Positions 25,019 through 36,562 of a stretch of 59,267 nt of DNA are shown piece by piece. Below the pieces are notes generated by a model. That model ran no database searches and was not told where the DNA came from. It saw nothing but the letters and a program-made list of their open reading frames with translations. This DNA comes from Bigelowiella natans CCMP2755 (Eukaryota; Protista; Cercozoa). The stretch covers positions 1 through 59,267 of the forward strand of contig ADNK01002679.1 in assembly GCA_000320545.1 (NCBI GenBank), in the 5' to 3' direction. A program made the translations under genes and the position numbers. Each line of letters opens with the position of its first letter. Position 1 is the first letter of the stretch.

Positions 25019-27706
25019 ATGGCGGTTTACCAGGTGTGCAGATAGTACATTCTACTTTTTCGTTATTGGTAGTTAATTTTGCTTGTTGGAATAGGCACAA
25101 TGGAATTTCCAAGCCACCGAGCAGGATCAATTATCCATGCAAAAAGGCGATCTGATCACTCTTTTGAGGAAAGATGAATCTGGCTGGTGGTTAGGTGAGA
25201 AGAAGCTTCCAAATGGGCAAGTTGTAGACGGGCTTTTTCCTGCAAACTACTGCAAGCCGGTGAATGGGTCCGTCTCTGGATCTTCTGGCGAATCTGTTAG
25301 CGATAAGATGGATAAGATGTACACCGGTCCATCTAGCAATTCGCTGTACAACAATCAAAACCAATCTGGTAGTGATCACATGCTTCTTGAAAAAAATGGC
25401 CACAAGACGTCTGATGTTGAACGAAGGCATATCAAGGAGCTGAAGGAGAAGAACCAAAAACCTATTTCAAGAACTGTATTCCGTGTGTACGCTCATAAAC
25501 AAATTAAGTATGGTGCTGCTGTTGCATTGGTATCTTTCGGTCTTCTTGGCGTTCACTTTGGCCTTGCCGCAAGGGTAGAAAAAGAAGTTTGGCATATGTT
25601 GAGAATCATATTTCAAACTATAATTTCCAATATTAGGTTGAAGGATCTGGATTCATGGATGTTATTCTGGGAATTGTTGCAGCAGGAGTTGGCATTCTTT
25701 TCTCCACTTGGGAGAGTATGCACCATGGTGCACCTTTGACGGATATGTTCCCTCTCCGTGCATTAATGTGGACCGTCATGGCTGGTGTTTGTTTTGTGTC
25801 TTTTCCCCTTTGGACAGCTGGATTATTTCTCCTCGTTGCCTCGATGATTGACGTTATTGGTTTTCTGAAGGAGGAACCCTATAATCCTCCGAAGCAGCGC
25901 CGTAAGACGCAAAAAGAAAGAGAGGTTGCCGAATATGCTGCACCCGAAAACTTCTGTGATTGGGTGAAGTCATTCTTTATCAGTAAGTACGAAGAGAACA
26001 AGCTTCAACGTATGATCTTCTGCGCAGTTTACATCGGTGCTAATATCGGTTTCGCTATTTATACATTTTTCCTTTGGTTGGGAATCGTGAACGCTATGCC
26101 AGAGGAAGATCGATTGACAATTTGGGTGGTATTCGCAAGACTTTTCGGAGCATTTATTAACTTAAACTCTCCTCTACTTCTCATCCCTGTTTGCCGTACG
26201 ATTATTCGGATCTTGTATAACATAGCAACTTCAGAGGAAACGCGTGGGGCTAAAGCTCTAAGAGTCTTTTTCGCTTTTGTCCCTCTCGACAAAGCAATCT
26301 TGTTGCATAGAACTGCTGCCAAAGTATCTCTTATGGGGGTCATCGGCCACACTATATTCCACTTCATCAATTACCAGGCTCGCCCAGATCAAACCGTACG
26401 AGCTGTTGGATTATGGCCATTTTACTCTGGAATCGTGTTGCTGATGATTTGCCAGATGCTTTATCATGGAGCATTTGAGGACGTCAAAAGACCTAACTTT
26501 GAAATATTTTGGTATTCACACCACCTTTTCATCCCATACTTTTTGCTTATCATTACTCACGGAGCCATGGGACTAAACCTGTTTTTCACTCTACTGTTGA
26601 CTGTCCCAGCGTTTTTGTACATCACTGAGCGTATTCTTAGAGAAGTACGTGCTAAACGCGAAGTTGCCGTGACCTCCGTCACTACTATGGAGCCAAATCT
26701 CTTGGCAATCGAATTTGATAAGGAATCTGCTTTCGGTCCAGCTGGTTACCGTGAAGGCCAGTATGTTTTCGTAAACTGTCCGAGTGTCAAGCCTTTGGAG
26801 TGGCATCCATTTACCATCTCATCCCCCCCCCAAAAGGATACATTTTCTCTTCATATTCAAGTTCAAGGGCCTGGCAGTTAGACTGAGGGTGTTAGAAATC
26901 ACCTTTGCAGCATGCGTCCCGAGGGTAAAACATTTCACGAATTTCATCGTAGAAATGCCGAAGGCCAGCTTGTCAAAGGGAGAATTTATGGCCCTAACGA
27001 AAAGCAAATTCTCCTCATTGATGGTCCACACTCTGCTCCTACACAGCATATGACTGAGTACGAGGTTGCCATTATTGCTGGAGCTGGTATTGGCCTTACT
27101 CCTGTTGTGGCGTGCACCGAGTCTATTGTATACCATCGATGGAAATATGGTCTTGGAAAGGTGTATCCAGCTCATACTCATTTCTTTTGGGTTGTTAGCT
27201 ACAGGGATATCGAGGCTTATCGTTGGTTTATCTCCAAAGTAACTGAATGTCAACGTGCAGTTTCTAATATGAGAAGCAAGGGTGATACGATGAAGGGAAA
27301 AACTTGGAATTTCCACATCTTTATTACGTCAGTTCCAAAGACGATCAACCAGACTCATGTGCAAGAAGCTATGATTGGTATTAAAAGAAATGATTTCTGG
27401 GGTAGGCAGAGTGTTCACGATATGAAGACTCTCCAGGAAAAGTCCTCCTTCGAAAAAAAAGAGCTCTTTGCTTACATGCTGAACCCCACAGAAACTGAGA
27501 AAAAGTTCAATGATGTACGAGTTGTGAAGGGAAGGCCAAAGTGGGATCCAATCTTCCAAAGTATTGCTAAGATGCATCCGAAGAAGAACGTGGGTGTTAT
27601 GTTCTGTGGAAATCCATTCATTGGAAAGGATTTGAAGAAGATGTGCATTCGGTACAGCTCCGTTGAGCGTGGCCAACTTTTCCGTCTTCATAAAGAAAAT
27701 TTTTAA
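25019..27706 (+). CDS. NADPH oxidase with N-terminal SH3 and p22phox-like domain, copy 2 (in-frame TAG at 26879-26881; possible pseudogene or recoded gene)
   Basis: Exons 25019-25033, 25095-25574 and 25637-27706. Collinear with copy 1 along its whole length. GPGS*TEGVR aligns with copy 1 GPGSWTEGVR, and ORFs 25655 and 26912 are in the same frame. Confidence 0.9.
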
Positions 27707-28326
27707 GGCGTGTTTGCACTGCGACATCGTGGTAATTTATAATCTTTAATTTTGAAAATGCCAATGACGTAAAGTTTTTTAATCATGATCAAATTCTGAA
27801 CAGTAATGTACTCAAAAACACGCTGTAAATTTCTCGCATCTCTCGTACTAGCGTAGCGAGTATCACGATGTGTGTGCCCAATTCTAGAATTGCGCATGCT
27901 AGCTAGCTAGTGCGTGTGCTAGTGTGTTGGGCTGCGTTGTTGCAATCTTCAGGTCCTACTTTTGTCACTGCTGCACTGATTGGCCATGCTAGCATGGCAG
28001 ACACCTAGCTAGCTAGATCTAGAGATGGAACGGCTGTGTCGGCACATTTAGACATGTCAAATGTGTGTTCTTGTGCATGTTGTGATGCAAGATACAAGCT
28101 AGCAAGTGACATTTGTCGCCAAAGCTGGAAAGCATTTCATCATTGTCATCTAGTCATTCTAGCATTGTCGTTGCGCAAACTCGCTAGCTCGCGCAGTTGC
28201 AACGCTCCAGCTAGCATAGCTTGCGCTCCATGCAGCTTTGCGATGCATTGCCATGATTGCACCAAACTAGAAAGCCAGCAGCCAGAAAGGCCATGCTAGC
28301 ATGATTTTGAGCGATGTGAATTGAAG

Positions 28327-28620
28327 CAACAATGAACAATGAACAATGAACAAAGCGTTGATCAAATCTACATGCGCCAGAACCACATGGAAGACAGGAA
28401 CAATGAACAATGAACAATGAACAAAGCGTTGATCAAAAACTACATGCGCCAGAACCACATGGGAGACAGGCATTTGCACGCAGCAGAGCCTCAACAACAC
28501 TCGTTGCAAGGACTTGTCAGCACCCTGTTGGTGAAGAGACACAAAAAATCAGCTGCAACCCATCAGAGGCACACTCCAAGGCTGCGTGAAGGGATGAGAA
28601 CACCATGGCCACTCATCTGA
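28327..28620. repeat. Dispersed repeat copy A with (AACAATG)n-headed ~70-bp subunits
   Basis: aacaatgaacaatgaacaaagcgttgatcaaa..catgcgccagaaccacatgggagacagg...cctcaacaacactcgttgcaaggacttgtcagcaccctgttggtga..agacacaaaaa recurs at ~55720-55950. Confidence 0.85.
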
Positions 28621-29655
28621 AATGCCGGAGACGGAACAAGGGATGAAATTGGCATGGATGCCGATTGATGGTGCCGTTGCAATGTGAATTGCTTGGAACT
28701 AAAGCTGGCATCTTGGATGCCGAACAGCAGCAAAATTGTCAAGCAGGACAATGGTTCGACGGAAAGCCCTGTCGATTTCTTTGTCAGTCGAAGGGACACC
28801 AGATGTGGCCCCCAAAGCAAGGCAGAACTTGTCAGGAAGCAACCAATCTAGCAGTCTAGCAGTGTGTGCATCAGTGGTGGAATCGGAATTTTCCAGCGAC
28901 AACAAAAAAGCTAGTCGCATTTGAAAAATCCCTTTCCATTGCACTACTAGTGCTGCCAGATCCGAAGCCGAAGCCCGAAGCCTGGCTGGCTTCCTGTTCA
29001 TTTCCTGAACACAGCAGTTTTCAATCATGCGACAATAAAAAATGCATTAATTAGTAGAAATCACAGGGGACATCTCTTCGAAGACTTTGGTGCGGCCCAG
29101 CTGTCCGCTTGTTCCGATCCGAAGATTCCCCTCAGGCACACAGAACACTCTTCCATTCGTTTGGGAGCGTGGAGAACTCACTTGGAAAAGTCGCCTGGGT
29201 AAGCTCATTCAAACATGGACAATGGCGTCTCACGGGCTTTCGTCATCTCGCTCTTTTCGGAAGTTCATCGTCCTCTTAATGTCTCTGGCCTCGGTGAGGC
29301 TCCTCGCTCCGAAAAACCTTAGGACCAAGCGGAGATTAGCAGAGTCGCTCAGCGGGGGAAATCAGGACCATCAAAGCCTTGTATCGCCTCCAGAATCGTC
29401 GATGTCGGCGTCATCGTCGCAGCCTGTTCCTCTTCATGGAAGATTTCCGACTGTACCAAGTTTGCCCCTTCAAACTACTCGCGGAGTAGTGGAGACTACC
29501 GCGAAACCCCCGAGCCCCACTGGACGCGTACTACCACAGCAATCTCAAAATGTACGATAAAGTGTTGGTTTTATCGAATTGTCGCGTTTTCCCACAAAAA
29601 CTTTTATACGATTCATTCTAAGTGCTTGTTGCCTCGCCCCCATCTTTCACAGGCT

Positions 29656-31882
29656 ATGAGCCGTGAAGCATTGCTTCCGTCACCAAACGTAGCCGCTCTC
29701 AATCTTGAAGACTTCAGGAGAAATATGGACAGGCATGGTGGCGCCCCCCCCCCCCCCCCTTCCCCTATTTTATCCCGCCTTTATCAACAAATATTTATTC
29801 GATATATTCCGATTTTCCATTCTTCTTCTTACGGCCTCCTCCCTAGGTTACCACGTAATTGACAACGCACTTCGGAAAAGCTGGTGTGACCAGGTATGAG
29901 TTGCGTTGATGATACCACAGATGCGACCGATGTGCATAGCATGCGTGCATGTGCTTCAGGTGGGGGGGGGGGGGAGGGGGCATAGGTGCGTACTTCGAAA
30001 GGCAAAGTACGTTCGTGATACTATGTTCCAAATGTGGGCAATGACGAACCAGGTATCTGAGGAATTGGAGAGGTTGAAGCCTGCAATGCGTCCGGAGAAG
30101 GTCTTTAGATACGTTCTTTTCTGTTAATAAACGGCGAAAGAGCTTAGGCTCCTTCAGCTTTCCTGCTACTCTGCGGTGACTACATTGTGCATTGTGGAAA
30201 CGTTAGTAGAACTACTCTGAGACCGCCTACTTGTAGTCGTATCAACGATGGTGTTGTTGCAAGGTCTTTCTACACGAGATTCAATCCGGGTCAAGCGTCA
30301 GTGATCTCAAATTAGGCACGGTTGCTGGTACACTGCAAGGTACGAGAGAGTACTGTGCTAACATCGAGACATTAGGCGATGATGGTGGCTTGTGAGACGT
30401 AAAACTCATTTCATCTGCAGATGTACGCACCTACACACAAGTGACTATGAGAGAGTGTGTAAGTGGGTATGAGTGTGCGCGCGTGTGTGTGTATGTGTGT
30501 GTGTCTCGCAATAAGAATGAAAATCGATGATGACGTTATTAAGGAATCGATTCCATTGATTTGGTGAGGAATCGGACATACCAGGACATCTCTGAGGTAG
30601 GTTTTATAATGCCATGCAGAAGTGGCAGCTAGCACACAATACAACGATGGTGATGATGATGATGCTCACAGTCGTTTTGTAGTGTAAGTGACAAAGATTG
30701 CCCAGTTTACAAAGCACCGATAAATCCTTATTTTCCTCCGTGCAAATGATAATGCTGACGTATTCCTCTCCCTTGCATCGATCGAGGCTATGTTAATCGT
30801 TGTTCTTCACCCGCCGATTGATACCATTATAATAATTATTGTCATCTATGTAGACGGCTCTTAACGGAGTCGAGATGTTGCTGGGAGAGAGAGAAATGAG
30901 GTAGTCGTGTTCAGGCAGTGCTGACAGCGGGGAGGAGAGGAAGAGAAGGGAGGAGGAGGAGGAGGAGGAGGAATCGAAGACGCCTCTAGTGCGTTAATAT
31001 CCAAAAACCGCTAAGTTATTTGACAAATACTCGTTTGATACCCACATCAATCTCGCATTAGATCTTTGGTCCTATCCTTGAATCACAAATTTCCTGAGGT
31101 AAGGATTTTAGAGTATATCCGTGTATGTTGCGCAAGGAAACGCTGAAGAAGAAGAAGAAGAAGAAGAAGAAGAAGAAGAGGACCCGTGGAGAGAAAGTAT
31201 ATGTATGTGCTGAGAAGCAAGAAACGTTGTGTTGATTCACACTATGCTGCGGCACCTCGTTGCTGCTTCGTAGCTGTGATAATTCAGAATCCCCCCCCCA
31301 AAAAAAAATCCCTTTTGCTTTCAATCGAAGCTTTTGCGGTTTTTGGCAGACAGTGAATCATAACGGTGTGTGCTGCATGGCCAGTAATCGTACCTATTTT
31401 CACCCACGCCAGTATTTTTGAGGGGGGGTTATCTATTTCGTGTGTGTATCTCGTCGTTTATATTCATAATCGTATCTGTCAATAGTACCGTCTCGAGGTA
31501 GGTGTGCTCGATGTCAAACTCCGCTATATAAATCCCGGTGAAGAGACATTGAGATTGAGAAGGGGGGGTTGGGCGGGGGGGGGGGGAATTTAGGAAAGAG
31601 AGATGTCCCTGGGATAAATGCCTCTTTTCAAGGAACATTCGTTAATTGTACACTCCTGATCCAATATTCTCACTTTATGACTGAAACCCCCCATAAATCT
31701 AGGAGAGAGCAAGGGCCAGCCGCTTCATTTCGATGTGGAGGAGAATCTGGGTAGGGGACTGGCCATATACCTTTGTCTCAGTAAGGTTGGAATGCGATTG
31801 ATGATGATGATGATGGTGGTGATAATGGTGATGAGACTCACAATTCGGGGATTTTTAGTAGAATTTTCTCACTTGCTCTTTC

Positions 31883-31922
<40 letters not shown>

Positions 31923-31934
31923 GATACGCATGTG

Positions 31935-31971
<37 letters not shown>

Positions 31972-31982
31972 CACTATATATT

Positions 31983-32020
<38 letters not shown>

Positions 32021-33000
32021 TACCCCTCCCCCTGAATTTCTGTAGGATTGGAGTGCAATGTACGACGGGCAGCTCAGAGTGCATCCATTCCCCTTCAAGC
32101 CAAAAGGTCCGCACAATGCAGCTAAACCGCCACTAATGCAGCAACAGCAGCACCCACAAAAACTGCTCTACTACTGCTACTGCTACTGCCATTTAACAAA
32201 GGATAACATCACAGCACCAAACTTTACCACCCCATCCTCTTGTAATTAAGAAAATAATTTCGGAACATTCTGAGAATCTACCACCTAGTAGAAGGACATA
32301 AAGCCCCTGATGAAGCCTCTGCTTCCGCCCCCTCGCTCCCCCCCTCCCACGTCCTCTTTGACACTCCTCGCGTTTAAACGATGATCCACTTGATGATGGC
32401 TTTTCTCGAATAGACGTCGCTCCAAGATACAACCGTATGGTTATATTTGACCCGACATTTCTTATGTCCCGCCTCATGCCTTCATCAAGCCCAAAGGAAG
32501 GATGGTGAGTTGCAAATACCGATGAGGATGACGATGACGATGACGATGACGATGATGATGATGATGATGATAATGAGGAGGAGGAGGAGGAGGAGAAGGA
32601 ATAGAAAGCTCTGCGATTTCCTAAAAGGACAAGAAAATACACACGTGTACATAGTAATAGACTCGTCAGCAAAACAAATTATTATTTATTTTTTATTTTT
32701 AAATTTGGGGTCTTCCTTGAGTTCTACTTTGATCGTCGTCGTAGGTGGTTGTGTATGTGGCTGAAAGGAGGACAGTTCCGCCCTCCTCAGAACATACCTT
32801 TGCCAGGTAGCACAGCAGCATTCTTCTTCTTCTTCCTCCTCCTCCTCCTCTCTCCTCTCTCCTTCTTCCCCTACTTTTTATTCATTACTTTTCTTCCTGG
32901 TTGTGGTGTTTATATAGCTGAGCTGAAGCAATCTTTGCGGTTTCTGTACGACGCACGGAAACGTGTTTACATTATGCGTGTTATCCTTCTCAGTGAGGTT

Positions 33001-33050
<50 letters not shown>

Positions 33051-33741
33051 CCCCCCCCCCCCTCCCCCTTCCCCTCTCCCTTTCTCTCTTCTTGATCATA
33101 GGTAGCTACCCCCTATCGCTGTTTTCTCGTCTATGAAGTGCATGTGCGTGGTTGAGGGCGGGGAGGCGTTGATCTAAACAATACCTCATAACAGTGCTTT
33201 CATCTTCTCTCACCTTTGCCTCCCCATAATAAACATCTCTTTCCTTATGATGCCGCACTCCAGAAAGAAGAGTCGGTACGGGAGTCTATACGCGGGTACT
33301 GTTATTCGTGTCTAGCTGATGTGTAGCTCAGCCCAAAGGGAATGAGCAGCTTTTCACGGCAAAACCTGATGGTTTCTGCTTATCCCTGTCGTTCCGCTGT
33401 GGGCTGCGTGAATAATCGCCGCTGATTGCATATCTATCATGGCTCCTTCCTACATCTTCATCTAGGCATAGCTCATGTTATTTTCTTTCGTCCTCCCCGC
33501 GTAGATTGTCCCCACGGACCATGGAAAATGTCGTGCGCGTATTCCACCAACAAGTAAGCGGATTCGTGCAATAATTCATCTATTATGAATACGAGTGCAT
33601 GTTGCCGGTTGTTCAAATCTTACCCCGTCTTCATCTTACTTCTCGGACGATCAGGCTCACCGCGTAGAGGCTGCATTTCCAACTGATTTCCTTCTACTTC
33701 TCAAAAAGCATTTGCCGCTGAACTACTTCCCCGGAGCTTGA
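29656..33741 (+). CDS. 2OG-Fe(II) oxygenase-like (prolyl-hydroxylase-like fold) multi-exon gene
   Basis: Exons read GYHVIDNALRKSWCDQ|VSEELERL, GQPLHFDVEENLGRGLAIYLCLSK|DWSAMYDGQLRVHPFP|DVAPRYNRMVIFDP..|WLCMWL, which is the usual double-stranded beta-helix motif order. Middle exons and ends are uncertain. Confidence 0.65.
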
Positions 33742-34752
33742 TAGATGCTTGTAAAGTGGCGAAGGATGCCAACCAATTGAACATGATCTCTTATGCATAA
33801 GTCATGTGTTACATCGGCTGGCATTGTTCGATCGTGCATAGGGTGCATGCAACTTCCTATGCATAGCCAACGTCTACTTGTCTGCGCCCTTGCACTGCAA
33901 AAGAAGCTTGTAACATTTAAAGCATGTGCATAGAGCGCTCGCCCAGAAAGTGTAATTCAAAATCGTAAAAGAAATAAAAGGCACGAATGTGGCATCGCAT
34001 GCGCATGCATGCTCTACTAGGGTGTAATCTGTAATCAGGCGGGCTGCTAGAGACACGTACAACAGAATACGCGTCTACCGGTGTGCACGGTTGTCGCATG
34101 TTAAGTAAAAAACAAATTTATCTAGCGGTAATCTACGATAGCGGACGTGCTCGCGCGTTTAATTGTGTTGTTCATGTTTCAATTACTAGATCACAGCATG
34201 CTAGCAAATTCATGAAGCATGTGCACGCATCGATCCTGCACATTGTGCGCATGTCTATCATCTGTCACGCACGATTGCCGCGTTTATTGCTGCAAGCCAC
34301 GTGCACATGACATCAATGTGCACCGAATAACCAGCTATTCGATTCTATCTAATGATTATTCTACACATCTATCTCACGCGTGCACACGCCTGAGATGCAC
34401 TACAATGCAACTGCCCAGCAGCAACGCATCGCATGCATGGCAGCATCGCAGATCGAGGGCACAATGCTGTGGCGCACGGTTGCACAGATTGCACAGGCAC
34501 ATTTCATTGACTATTGATGACAATGACAACGTTTCGTGTTAGTGTAGTGTAGCTTACCATATTTAGCGATGTATTTATCTTGTTTATCATAAATTTGTGC
34601 CTATAATTTACCCGCCAAATTTAAACGGTGCATGCTCGTATCAGCATGCTCATTTACTACATTTGGGGTGTCTATCCAATAGTTCAATCTTGTTTTCATT
34701 TCACAATTTCAAGTGCTCGAAAGTAGCAAATCATAACCGCTAAATACCATCG

Positions 34753-36340
34753 TCAATTCCGTTTATTGTCAAAATCATTTATGATCTGTTGATCATTGTC
34801 AGCAAATCGGCTCATGCTCTGGCTGCCCCGAAGCAATGGTTCCTGTTCTCTTTTTCCCGCAGCAGAAGAAGATTTTGCTGCCGATGATACAAGTTCATAG
34901 CTCTTAGGCCAGCCCTGATGATACTCGAAATGTAGATAAATAGGAAATATAACTATACATCCCTCGATGATGGTGAGGAAGAGGTTTGCGTTGAAGAAGC
35001 ACCCGTCGAAATATATCATGGTTACTTTAGTCAGGGGATAAATCGATGCAGCCGATATTCCACAGAGTAAGCTTACGGCACCAAAAAGGCGGCCATAATG
35101 GACAAGTTTGTATGGGGGCTGGTGGATAAACTCGGCGGCGGACGCCCACTTAAGCGGTTTCAGGATGAAGAATATCGTCATTGCTATCATTTGGCAAGTG
35201 AGAGATTCCTTTCCCCACGTGTTGAGGATGGCATGTGCCATGGTCATCATCCACAGCCAGAAGAACACAATGTCGTAGCGCTCCCGGTAACGACCGAGAA
35301 ATATGATGACGAAGGGCATTGCGATGAAGGGGGAGAGCGAGAAACCGACGTCGAAGAGGTAGTTCGAAAGCTTAGTTTCTTCCGGCGTTGAGAAGTACTC
35401 GATTTGATCGGAGAAAGTTGCTACATAGAACTGGCTCTTCGTATTCACAACCACCATAAAAATTGCCTGGAGGATATATCTGGGATGTGCTAGATGGTTG
35501 CGCAGCTCGGCTTCACTGTCCCCGGCCGCGTGGTCGCCATTTTCTCCTGAGGATGTCAAGCCATTGTACTCGTCGATTTCCCTTGCTTCCTTCTTCGTGA
35601 TGTGCGTGGTCGCCATAGCCCCGCTCAGAAAGGCCGTGACAACAGCAACACCTCCTGTCGCTATCACAAGACTAACGTAACTAGGAACGCATACTTGGAG
35701 GAGATAGATAACAAATGGAGAGACTTCATAGCAGAGGGAGACTGATGCACTAACATAGTGTGTATGCCTGACATCATGCAGCATCTTAGCGCTCCCAAGA
35801 CCAGCAACATATATAATCGCAGGAACCATTGCCAGTAGTACGAGGGCGGCCATGTAGATGTGTCCAATTTTCAGGAGTGACGCGAGCGATAGAGTGCCCC
35901 AGCCAACGAGATATAGGAGAGATGCAACCCAGCATGTACATCGAATCCCCAAGTAATCCATAAGCAGCCCCCCGGTGAGAAAGGAGGTGCTGCACACCAT
36001 GAAGCACATGGTGGCGATGAAATTTAGGGACAATCTACCCAAGCATATGAGATATAGGAAGTGAATAACCAATCGCACTCGTATATGGATACATAAAACG
36101 CATGTTTAGGACTGAACGATATCACTTTTGCTGTTCGCAGCCCGTTTTTGATCCCTCACAGAGCTCGGCATACGCCCCGTCTGTTATCAGGACAGGCCGG
36201 AGCGCGTTGTAACCGAAAACTGTGCCAGACCCTAGAACAAGCAGTCCCAGACCTACAAAAATGGTGGAAAATGCTCGCCAGGGAGCCACGGGGTGCTGCC
36301 TGTACAGGGGGGCGTGGACTGGCCATTGTGCCTTAGGCAT
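34753..36340 (-). CDS. MFS transporter, SLC43/LAT3/Fmp42-like
   Basis: GSGTVFGYNALRPVLITDGAYAELC...CEQQK, then an intron (~36035-36124), then LSLNFIAT..GGLLMDYLGIR. About 12 hydrophobic helices and a YGRLFG motif. Confidence 0.82.
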
Positions 36341-36562
36341 GGCGCCAAGCTGCTCTTCGTCAATTGTTTATCCGCACTAGCGAATCTTCGGGAGTCAAGA
36401 TTTTCCGGATACCAACGGAAACAGATGCGTTTTATCATCGCGACAACACATTATTTCTCATTCTAGTCTACTCGTAGTCTTGAATGTTGGTAATTCATGT
36501 CGCAGAGTCGTTTCATCGTTATCATCGTTACCCCTACATCTACGTACACTTAAGTAACGCGT

